NCBI RefSeq assembly: GCF_004010195.1 | Contig: NC_057719.1 | Coordinates: forward strand, 40,587,073 to 40,651,072 | Direction: 5' to 3' | From: Chiloscyllium plagiosum | Lineage: Eukaryota | Length of the DNA: 64,000 nt | Position numbers and translations under genes: made by a program | Part shown: positions 52,918 to 64,000 of the stretch, piece by piece | Numbering within the stretch: position 1 is the first letter of the stretch | Layout: each line of letters begins with the position of its first letter | Notes under the pieces: generated by a model | Told to the model about the DNA's origin: nothing | The model's input: the letters and a program-made list of their open reading frames with translations, nothing else | Database searches by the model: none

Positions 52918-54200
52918 TTTTTAAAAATTCACTCTTGGGATATGGGTGTCACTGGCTGGGCAGCACTTATTGCCCATTCCAAGTCACCCTTGGAAAGTGG
53001 TAGTGAACTCCCTTCTTGTACTGCTGCAATCCACATGCTGTACGCTGACCGACAATACCGTTTGGAACGGAATCCCAGGGTTATCCTTCAGTGACACTGA
53101 ACAAACTGATAAATTTCCAAGTCATAATGGTGAGTGGCTTGGAGGGGAACTTGCAAGTGGTGGTGTTCGCATGGAGTTGCTGCCCATATCCTTTTACATG
53201 GCAGTGGTTGTGAGTTTGGAAGGTGCTGACTGAGGATCTTTGGTGAATTTCTGCAGTGCATCTTATAAATGTTATACACTGTGACTTGTGGATGTGGTGC
53301 CAATTGAGTGAATGCTTTGTCCTGGATAGTGTCAAGCTTCCTGAATGTTATTGAGGCAAGTGGGGAGTATTCCATCACACTCCTGACTCGTACCTTGTAG
53401 ATAGTGAAGTAGATTGGGGAGTCAGGAGGTGAGTTACTCACTATAGTATTCCTAGCCTCTGATCTGCTATTGTAGCCACTTTATTCATATGGCAAGTCTA
53501 TTTGGGTTTCTGGTCAATCCTAGGATGTGGATAGGGGATGATTCAGTGATGGTAACACCATTGAATATCAAGGGACAATGGATAGATTGCCCCTTATTGG
53601 AGCTGGCATTTGTGTGACGTGAATGTCACTTGCCATTTGTCAGCTCAAGCCTATAAAGATCTTGTTGCACTTGAACAAGGACTGTTTCAGTATCTGAGGA
53701 GTTGTGAATGGTGTTGAACATTGTGTAATCATCAGCGAATGTTCCTGATATCACACGAAGTCAACTAAATTCATTTAAGACTGAAATTTATGATGCTGGG
53801 GACCACTGGAAGAGGTCGAGATGGATCAACCACTCGTCACTACTGGCTGAAGATTGCTGCAAATGCTTCAGACTTATATTTTGCACTGATGTATTGGGGC
53901 TCTTCCATCATTGAAGATGAGGATATTTTGGAGCCTCCTCCTCCAGTGAGTTATTTAATTGTCACCATCATTCAGGACTGGCTGTAGCAGGACAGGAGAG
54001 CTTAGATTTGATCTATTGGTTGTGGGATCACTTAGCTCAGTCTTTCACTTACTGCTTATGCTGTTTGGTATGGAAGTATCCTGTTTTCTGTCTCACCAGA
54101 TTGACATCTCAATTATAGGTATGCCTGATGCTGCTCATGGCATACTCTCCTGCACTCTCCGTGAACCTGAGTTGATTCCCTAGCTTGACAGTGATGGTTA
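52918..54200 (-). mobile_element. LINE 3' part (CR1/L2-group family distinct from HER1)
   Basis: TIYKVRVRSVMEYSPLA..KLDTIQDKA; tail related to the SINE at 7445. Confidence 0.8.
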
Positions 54201-54670
54201 CATGGGGGATATAAAAAATTTGTTTACTACATATTAAGCGTAAGTACACTAATACATGGTACTCACAGATGTACAAGATTCTAATCTTACTGTTACAGTT
54301 TTGAAAGTCTATGTCATGAATTCTATGACCACATTCTCTGCAGATGTTTCTATTATTCACATAGCTCGACCATAGGTTTCTATCCAGCTCTCCTTTTGTT
54401 TCTATGTTTTTTTTTAACTCCATCCACTCTGTACTATTTATGATCATTGCGGAACAACTCCGTGACAACTTTGCAAGTTGGCCCCAGCAGACTAAAGCCC
54501 TTACACAACAATGAGAAGCTGGGATAAGACAGGAACTAGGAGTTTGGGAGTCCATGCACCCAATACACGAGAAGCTAAAGCACAGATAGAAAAAGTTAAA
54601 AGAAAGGTACAGAAGAATGTTGATTTTTATGTCAAAGGAGTTGGAATACAAAGGTAGGAAAATTAAGCTA

Positions 54671-54678
<8 letters not shown>

Positions 54679-54703
<25 letters not shown>
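54679..54703. repeat. (TA)12 microsatellite
   Basis: Seen directly. Confidence 0.95.
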
Positions 54704-57700
54704 CTAATTATGACCATTAGGTTGTAATTGAGAACACAAAAGTATACTTTCAACATGATAGAAAGTTCATATGTAAGGGCCAATTCAGACTACCTTCACC
54801 TGGTGTTACCCACTTGTGAATCTCTGAAAACTACAAAGGTGATCTAGGGCAGCTGTCAGCTGGAGACCTTACCTATTGTGAGCATACCTGCATTCTCTAC
54901 TCTGAGTGACCATGTTGGCAGTTGCTCTGGTTCACCTTGAGGCTTGAATCCACTTGCTTGGAACCCAGCATTCCACTTACCAAATGTGAATGAGACTGAG
55001 TTTAAAAGGACTGTGTGAGGAGAGGACAGACTTCACCAGCAGACCAGTCACCCAGAAGTCAGAACGAAGCCCATATATTTTTCACGTTTGAATTAGAGCC
55101 AATTGTATACAGCAATGACATCTAACAATACTGTAGCTGAACAGATTTTCTACAATAGTTTAATAACTACACAATAGATCAAAGAAAGAGACAAATGAAT
55201 CACGAACAAGTAAAATAAATGGGAAATACATTTGAGGAAATATGGTAAGAAAGAAATATTTATAGAATGGTTCATGTTCAGGAGATCGACAAGTCCGATA
55301 ACAATGAGTTACTTCAACATCAGCTTCTTTCTTTTTGAGTTCTATCTGTTTCTCTTTTCTCACATCCTTGAATCCCCTCAAATTAAATTCAGAGAATAGT
55401 CCTGTGGTTATTCCTATTTTGAAAATTGAGATCATGCAAAATGTTAATTTGTCCCGGGTGGTGTGATTTACTATCTGAATTGAGAGTGCAATCATATGTT
55501 TCAGATGCTGTCTGAGCAAAAGGCAAAGATAAATGGGTAGGAGAAGAATTAATTATATTTTTTATGACTTTTCAACAAAATTATATAGGCAAAGCAGCAA
55601 CATTGAGCAAACCAAACTTAAGTATGACAACAATCATATTTTGTCCTCAAAGAAATGATGAAATATATAAAAAAAACTAAATGCCAACACTCATGAATTA
55701 TAAATCTTTCTCATAAGTTTTAATTGCACCCCCAGTTTCTATAATGCAAGTGAGATTAAAGCACACTTCTTATTTGAACACTTTTAATCATGTGAATTAA
55801 TAAAAGCACAGAGCATTAGTACAGCTCATAATCCCCAACATAGAGATCAATCTGTGCTGTATAGTTGAGCTACATAAACGTAGAGCACCATAACTGGCAA
55901 GTGCAGCTCATTGTCTATATTAACATTTTTTCTGGGTTGAACAACCTGAAGATGAACAAATATGTTAGTCTCTATAAAATGGGTTGGCTATAATTTCTAA
56001 AAAATGTTATATTCACTGATAGAAACTTACACAACCTAGACACAAAGGTTGGAAAGCCACTCAGTACCAACAAATATGGTCTGGAAGAGAAGTAGAGGTT
56101 TTAGGGAAACCCTGGAAAGAGAAGTGGTGTCAGTGGCAGCATTTATGATGGGATAGCCATGGGAAGTGGTTCTAGGAAGAGGGAAGTGTCAGCAGAGAAA
56201 AGAAACTGTCAGCTTGCTCAGAGAGTGACTCAATGCAGAGTTACATGTGTAGACATTTATTTTGTCAGGCTGACTGGTTAAAAAGAAAGCCAGGGAAATG
56301 AGGACAAACCTCTTCATATTTATATCCAATTCTTTTGGAAAGTTACTACAAATCTGCTTCAACCTCCCTTTCAGTAGTGCATTCCAGATCTTAAAACATG
56401 AAAAAATATTCCCCTCAACTCCTCTCAGCTGCAGTTACTAGACTTATCATGTTCCCCGTTTTCATTCTGGTGTGAAACATTTACAACCCTCCAGTCCCTG
56501 TCATCACTCTTATATCCAGGAATGACTGAAAGAATGTAGCTGCAACCTTCTATCATTTCCATCCAACTCCTTCACTAGCCAAGCATACAGGACCAAGTAA
56601 CTTCTCTGTATTGAGCACTACCAACCATTTAACATTCCCTCTTTATCTGTTTCAATTTTGATCCAATTTCTCTAAACTTTAACTTTACAGTTATCTTCTC
56701 TTTCTTTAGAAAGACAGATATAAATTTGTTATTTAGTGCCTTAGCCATGTCTTCCATTGCATAGTTTCTTTTTTGGTCCTGCATCAGCCCAGCCCTTCCT
56801 TTAGTTGCTTACACATTTCCAAAAGGCTTCGGTGATCTCTTTTGTTTAAACAACTAATGTTTTCCTTTCACATTTTTCTCATTTCTGTTAATTTCTTGCT
56901 ACGTTCTACAATCTGCTTGACTCTTTACTGAATTATCAGTCTAGCATTCATCAGAAACCAAAGGTTAAATATTGTGGCTGCTGAATTTATGAAATGAAAA
57001 CAGAAATTGATGGAGATACTCAGCATATCAAATAGCAGGTTCAGAGAACGAAAGTTAACGAGGGAAGTTTTAATCTGTCTGATTCATTGAAGGAGATTGG
57101 AATTGAGGGCAGAGGAGGTCAGAGACCTGTTGTGAGGGTGGTGTTGTGTCAGATAAACTGAGGACAATGGAAGGCTCATCCAGGAGGTGCACTAGATTCA
57201 TCAAGTGATAAAAGTAGTTACCTCATAATCCTTTGCCAGTTTTAACTGGTGAATTTCCCAAAGCCAAAGAAACCCAGTGCTCCAGAGTTAAATTTCAAAC
57301 AGTGAATGCAAATTAATATCACAGCCTCTCATAAGAACATGTAAAGTGCCAAACCACTCCCTCAGAGCAAGTTGGTCAATTGGCCCCTGTCCTAGCTCCA
57401 TCAAAACCAGCAATAAGTAAATTGTCATTGGCTAGCAGTCAAGATTCATTCTTTTAATATTTCTACATCTTCTCCACCTGATCTCAACCCAGAGCTCAAA
57501 TCGATATGGTTTTTGCGGTTAAAATTTTCTCCATTTTTTTTCTGTTTGCTGATTGTTAATCAGAACTGGAAGAATTCTTAAGTCCCTCTTCTTTTTCAAT
57601 TTGACCTTACTTTCTTAATTAGCGGGCTCCATTTTTGAGTGTTCTTCCTTTTTCCATCATGGGAATGTGTTTAGTTTGTACCAGATCTCCCCATTTTACC

Positions 57701-58024
57701 AATCAATCCTTGCCCTTATTCATACTTTAAACTTAATAACATTGTGGTTGCTGTTTACCAGAGGGGATGCCATTAAAACATACTTCATATCTGCTCCCAC
57801 TTTATTTGCCCCAAGTAATTCCAGCTCTTCTTCATTCATTTCCTTCCTCATTGGCTGAAAACACACAGATCAAAGCAGTTCTACTGCATTTTGGCTGTTT
57901 ATCTGTCTCCTTGCCATTTATTTTGTGCTTTCTTCTAGACTACATTAGATTAATTGAGGCCTATAATTATCACTCATCTATCATTTTTAAATATTCCTGA
58001 TTTTTGCTTGCACATGTATTGAAA

Positions 58025-58330
58025 TATAGACAATAGGAGCAGAAGCGGGCCATTTGACTTCTTGAAGCTGTTCTGCCATTCAATATGATCATGGTTGTAC
58101 ATTAAGCTCAAATTCTAATCCAATCCTGTACTCATTTTGCTTATCCTGTTAGCTATATCTACCATACCTATATCCACATCTAAAGCTATTAGGATAATAT
58201 CTCCTTCTTTCTTTAAAATAAATAATGTTTTGTCCTCAACGACTTTCTATAGTAGTGCATTTCACAGGCTCATCACTTTCTGGGTGAAGAAATTTCACCT
58301 CATCTCAATGTTAAAAGGTTTATCTTATGC
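58025..58330 (-). mobile_element. Old CR1 3' end
   Basis: ttctgggtgaagaaatttcacctcatctc and CR1 tail. Confidence 0.7.
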
Positions 58331-58346
58331 GCTCCTCCATCTTAGT

Positions 58347-58557
58347 TGAAACATGTGTTGCTAGAAAAGCGCAGCAGGTCAGGCAGCATCCAATGAGCAG
58401 GAGAATCGACGTTTCGGGCATAAGTCCCTCTTCAGGAATCGGCTTATGCCCGAAACGTCAATTCTCCTGCTCCTTGGATGCTGCCTGACCTGCTGCACTT
58501 TTCCAGCAACACATTTTCAGCTCTGATCTCCAGCATCTGCAGTCCTCACTTTCTCCT
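58347..58557 (+). mobile_element. PLE fold-back element, family A, 16-bp TSD
   Basis: TSD gctcctccatcttagt at 58331-58346 and 58558-58573. Confidence 0.88.
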
Positions 58558-59489
58558 GCTCCTCCATCTTAGTCCCAATTATTGGTGATTGAAGGTATAC
58601 ACCCAGCAATATAACAGCATTTTATGCGCACCTTAAACAAACTATTTGTCAGCAATGAGTTGCTAAATAATTGCTTGTAAATTCTATGCCTCCAACGCTA
58701 ATGAAATTAAGGTTGTTTAGCTGTCAGTTGTAATAGCTGGGTTGGGTGTTCCTTATTGTAACAGCTTGGGATATTGTTTTGATTATGAGAATAGACAGCT
58801 GTATTTTAGGACCTTTGATGAATACTACTTGTTTCAAAGTCAATATATTTTAGACTCTACATATGAAGGACAGTATGTATTCCTTAGTTTATCCCCATTC
58901 TTGTTAATAAATACTGCATATCTCAAACATTGGTTTTGTTCTTTTCAAGCAGGGAGTTTATCCTCTCCCTGTCTTCTCCCTGGTAGTATATTTTGCATCA
59001 CCTCTGCCTTTACCTGAACAGAGCCCTCTTCCAATGTCTGTGCATTATCCTTTCAGAACTGTTAAAGGTAATATCAAGCCATTCTCAAATATAGCACTGG
59101 TTGTTATTTATAATTAACATCTGAATTAGAATATTATAAATGTTAGAGATGTTTAACTGATTACAGTTTCTATGGTAGTGTTTTCTCAAAGTTCTGAACA
59201 AGATAGAAATCATTGCAGAAATGAAAAGTCAGCCGCATCTGTGCATGCCTGTACATGGGTGTATTGTGCATAGGTGTTTGTTAGAGCTTGTCCTGTTAAG
59301 AATAAACAACACCCTGCTCTGTGGTCAGAAATGTTAATTTTACATTATGAAAGAGAAACAATACACTTAAATTTAAGTTTTACAAGGTTTCTGCTATACT
59401 TGAACTTCAATCCATTTTTTTCCTCAAACAACTAGCAACAATATCTCATTTGCAATTAAACTCTGGTTAGACCCCATGTACCATGAGCA

Positions 59490-59980
59490 GACCTGGCCAC
59501 CACACCTCAGGAAGGATATATTGATCTTGAATGGAGTACAATGTAAATTTACAAGATTGATACCTGGACTTCAGGGGTTATGTTATGAGGAGAGATGTTA
59601 CGAATTAGGTCTGTTCTTTCTAAAACTTAGAAGGTAAAAGGGAGATCTGATCAAAATCTTCAAGATGTTAACAGGAGAAGACAGGATATAAAGATAAACT
59701 ATTTCCAATGCTTGGGGATTTGAGAACTGGGGGTATAGTCCAAAAATTAGGGCTAGACTGTTCAGGAAAAATATTGAAGCACTCCTACAAATGAAGGGTT
59801 TGGAACTGTCTCCCCACACACAGCAGTGGATGCTAGATAAGTTTAACTCTGAAATAGATGCATTTTTGTTAAGTATACTTATGAAGGGATATGGGCCAAA
59901 GACAAGTACATAAAGTTAAGCTACATATCAGGCATTATCTCATTGAATGGTGGAACAGGCTTAAGGGGCTAAATGCTCAA
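59490..59980 (+). mobile_element. Old CR1 3' part
   Basis: HLRKDI..GL..YEER-like coding and CR1 3'UTR. Confidence 0.7.
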
Positions 59981-61829
59981 GTTTGAGATACTCTGCTGGC
60001 AATGTTCACCTTGTTAAGCATCAAAACAAGACACAAAGCTAGATGTGAAATCCACACACAGCACTAAGGAAATGGCCAGTCAAATGCATAGTCAGTACAA
60101 GACTTGATTGTGCATTGGAATTATGTAATACAGCAGGAATGATAGTCATAAAGTATGGACTTGCAGAGATTGGATTCTAAAGCTGAGACTGGCTTTGAAA
60201 AATTACAAAAATCATTATCTCAATAAACATTGAGTTGCACGTTGCTCTCTACATTGCTTTCTTTTGCTCTAGCATCTTGCAAGGGTGTCCAAAATAAATC
60301 TACAGTGATATTTCATAATGGAAAAAGAAGAAGTTGCAGGATGAAGAGAGGCTGATGATGTTGTAATAGCTGAGGGCAGTGAGGAATTAATGGAGGAAAC
60401 AACTGCACCCAAGACTGTTGATGTACATGGTAGGTTGTGATGTTCAAGCAGCTGTCTATAAATTCCAGATGTGGTTCCTCCACAAATATTTCTAATGTAT
60501 CAAACAAACAGCATCTCATAAACAGCGTGTTTTAGATTCCATTGACTGTAGTTTATTTTACATCATCCTTTACAAGTACTTCCCTGATAAAAGGAAAATA
60601 AAGTTCAAAGAATGTATTGAGTAATATCTGCTTGCAGAGATGCCGGAGTATTGTGGTTCCCATTAGTATGCTTAAATGGTGCTCCTTCCATCTAAGAAAA
60701 GGAGCAAAGGAAATAACAGGTGAGTGGTGTTGACTTTAGGCCTCAAAGAATGGAGGACGCCTTGAATGTCTGGGAACAGATGGAACTGCTAAATGCAAAA
60801 CCATGCCCAATAGAGACTGCCAGTAATAATCATTGATTCCTTTGAAGATGCAAGCTGGTTTCCATGAGAGAAAGATGTTTACCTATGCCCCTGATGCCAT
60901 ATCGCTTGTGTTGGGCATTCCAGTGGAATGATCTCTATGATAGTGGACCGCAGAGTGACACTGAACAGTAAATAGCCTGATATCATAGCAATCACAAGCC
61001 ACCAAATCAGAAACAGTATTAAATGTCTACCAGTTGGATGTTAATTATATTCAGGTGATGGTTATTATTTGAAGACTCAACTGGGCTCATAGTTGAGGGC
61101 ACACATGTGATGCAGTGGTAGTGTCCCTACTGCTAGAATAGGAGGCCCATTTTGAAGTCACACCTTCTCCACAGGTGTGTAAAGACATCCCTGAATAGTT
61201 TGATTAGAAAAATAGGCTAAATTTTAAAAAGTGCTCAAAATAGGCTGAAAGGAAGTCTTTTGTTAGATGTGCATGCGTTAACATCATTTATTTTTGTGCT
61301 CTATAGGTAAAAGCATTAAAGGCCCGAACCTAGTATTTTCATTTTCACAACTTGGTTATCCACGTTTCGACACCATGGAGGTGGAACCCTAGATCTCAAA
61401 TATTTCAGACTCAAGATAAAATATATTTTGCTTGCTGTTCTTGGAAAATCTGAAATTCTCTGGAAAATCATCATATTTTCCAAGAAAGCATTCCTGGTGT
61501 GAAAATGAATTCCCTGTTGACATAATTCATTGTGAGGCTTGGAACTTAACCAAAAATTCAGAGTTAGTTTTGTTTGTGTTGATTGATTGCCATCTTAATG
61601 AATTATTCTTTTTTGAACTACTTTATCAATGAATATTTTGACAAAACTGAGGTGTGAGGTGTGGTAAAGCGTCTGTTTTTGATACCACAATGAATGTAAT
61701 GATACTTTTACAGAATTATAAGAGAAGCAGTTCCTTTCAAGTATGCTTCCTCAATCTTAAATAGAGGTTAAGTGTTATAAAGCTTTGTTTTTACTGCCCA
61801 ATAATCAACAGAGATCCTCAGTTTTCCAA

Positions 61830-62400
61830 TTTTCTTCCCCGTGAAGAAGATGGGGAGTTATATGGACTTGATGATTCTTGGATGGCACCTCACTCCAAGG
61901 ACCACTGCAAATAGTCCTGGACTTTCTCCATGTGATGGGGTGGGATCTGATGGTAAGGAATCTTTACTGTATGGTCATCTTTAGTTATTATCCTCTGATT
62001 TGCTGAGTCTCAATACCCAATGTCGTCATTATCTTTACTGAAAGTAATCTTATACTCGGTGAGAGGACAAACAAGTTGCCTCCTCTCGGTCTCCTCCAAT
62101 TCACAAATGCCCACCATTGAAATGAGGTTAAAGATGACTCCTCCAGTCAGTCCATTGTCCACAACAGTGGCAGATTTAAGGACAGCTATGGGCATTCTTG
62201 GTTGGTGATCAATGTCTTTGTTGCTGAAATTGGCAATTTGCATAGGCACCCAACCCTTTCTTCCCATAGTGACAGGGTGGCTCCCAGAGTTACACCAAGT
62301 GAAAGCTCTGCGACATGTGACATTTTAACAGGGATTGACATTGACTGGTTGGACACTGCTGGCTTGAGCTTCAGGAACAGTGATGGTACAGGCAAGTAAG
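61830..62400 (-). mobile_element. Degenerate Gypsy pol fragment (pre-RT region and RT start)
   Basis: EYKITFSKDNDDIGY*..ITKDDHTVKIPYHQIPPHHMEKVQDYLQ..GAIQESSSPYNSP. Confidence 0.75.
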
Positions 62401-62619
62401 AGAACTGTTTAAATCCCTAATACTTGATCAATTCTAAAAGCCCTTACAGGTTGATACACCTTGAGTGCATAGAGCAAGATCAAAGACTCCTGTACATTGT
62501 CTACCAGGCTTGTGATGTGCTGCTCATGACAGTCACCATATACGTTTTCCTAAGATGCCTGGATCTCTCTTATTATGTTTGAGTCCAACATCACAGGTAT
62601 CCTCAACTTCCTTCTTTCC

Positions 62620-64000
62620 ATTGGAATTGTGGGAAGTTGGGGAAGAAATTGCAAGGTCTCTAGCAGAGATATTTATATCATCTATTACTACAGGTGAGGT
62701 GCTAGAGGACAGGAGTGTGGCTAATGTTGTACCTTTATTTAAGAAAGGCTGTAAAGAGAAGCTTGGGAACAATGGACTTGTCAGTCTGACATCAATGGTA
62801 AGTTGCTGCAGGGGATTATGAGAGATAGGACTTATAGGCATTTGGAGAGGCAAGGACTGATTAGGGATATCAGCATAGTTTTGTGTATGGGAAATAGTTT
62901 CTCACACACTTGATTGAGTTTTTTGAGGACATAACCCAAAAGATTGAAGGGGCAGAGTGGTAGATGTTGTCTACTTGGACTTTAGTATAGCCTTTGACAA
63001 GGTTCCTTGTAGTAGACTAATTAATAAAGTTCAATCACATTGGATCCAAGGAGAGCTTGGGAATTAGATACAAAATTGGCTCCATGGTAGGAGAAAGCGG
63101 GTGGTAGTGGAGGGTTGTTTTTCAAACTGTGACTATTGGTGTTCCACAGGGATCAGTGTCGGGTGCAGTTTTGTTTATCCTTTATATAAACAATCTGGAT
63201 AAGAATTTATGAAGCCTGGCTACTAAATTTGAGGATAACACAAAAATTGGTAGTATGGTCAACAGTGAAGATGGTTATCTAAGATTACAATGGGAATCTT
63301 GATCAATTGGGCCTAAGGGCTGAGGAATGGCAAATAGAGTTTAATTTGGATAAATACGAGGTATTGCGTTTTGGTAAACAAGGCAGGACTTATATACAGT
63401 TAATAGTAGGGTCCTAAATAGTTCTGTCAAACAGTGAGACCTAGGGGTTTAAGTATATAGTCCTTTGAATGTTACATCACAAGGAGACAAGATGATTAAG
63501 AAAGTGTTTAGCATGCTTGCCTTCATTGCTCAAACTATTGAGTGTAGGAGTTGGGACGTCAGATTGAGGTTGTACAGGTCATTGGCGAGGCCACGTCTGG
63601 AGTACTGTGTACAGTTCTGGACAAGGAAGGCTATTATTAAATTGAGAGAGTTCAGAAAAGATTTGCCAGATATTGCTGAGACTGGAGGGCTGGACTCATA
63701 ATGATAGGCTGGATATCCTGTCACGTTTTTCATTGGAGCATAGGAGGTTGAGGAGTGATCTTATAGAGGTTTATAAAATCATGAGTGGCATAAATAAGGT
63801 GAATAACAAAGACCTACTTCCTAGGGTAGGGGAGTTAAAAACTAGAGGGCAAAGTTTTAAGGTGAAAGGAGAAAGATTTAAAGGGACCTGAGGGGCAACT
63901 TTTTCACACAGAGGGTTGTTTGTATGTGAAATGAACTGCCACAGGATGTGGTAGATGCAGTACAATTAAACATTTAAAGACATTTGGATAGGTACATAAA
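62620..64000 (+). mobile_element. CR1 RT and 3' region, degenerate, runs off the right edge
   Basis: ANVVPLFKKG, RPRLEYCVQFW, SDLIEVYKIM. Confidence 0.9.

Noticed and set aside
54109..54783. 224-aa ORF as a single-exon gene
   Set aside because: It runs through a (TA)n tract and LINE remnants at both ends; at most its middle is exon-like.
58950..60725. Plus-strand exon candidates near 58953-59068, 60272-60429 and 60638-60719
   Set aside because: Splice-like sites are present, but there is no recognisable protein or consistent frame; too weak to call.
62202..62399. Plus-strand ORF ending at gtaag as a host exon
   Set aside because: It is antisense to the Gypsy pol fossil.

Overview
Eukaryotic, repeat-dominated DNA from a cartilaginous fish. 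The evidence is HE1-type V-SINEs, HER1/CR1 LINEs and a Deu-domain SacSINE1-like copy; a carpet/bamboo shark is my guess from the repeat content alone. There are three N-gaps. I recognise no host protein-coding gene, only weak candidate exons. The window is a nest of retroelements: a young L1 3' half, many CR1 copies (one near full length), Rex/Babar-like and RTE-like LINE ends, three Gypsy fossils (pol, SCAN-like gag, pol) and Penelope-like (PLE) GIY-YIG fragments. Three observations stand out. (1) Ten or more short PLE-derived inserts carry hammerhead-ribozyme cores; most are fold-back palindromes whose axis sits right at the ribozyme, and five have 14-17 bp target-site duplications. (2) A ~137-bp inverted copy of unique sequence (43638-43774) is pasted into a CR1 fossil (45327-45464) and differs by a transversion-rich, CpG-gaining set of changes. 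(3) Two CR1 copies are joined head-to-head inside a PLE endonuclease gene. All calls are by eye; family names need RepeatMasker/Dfam confirmation.
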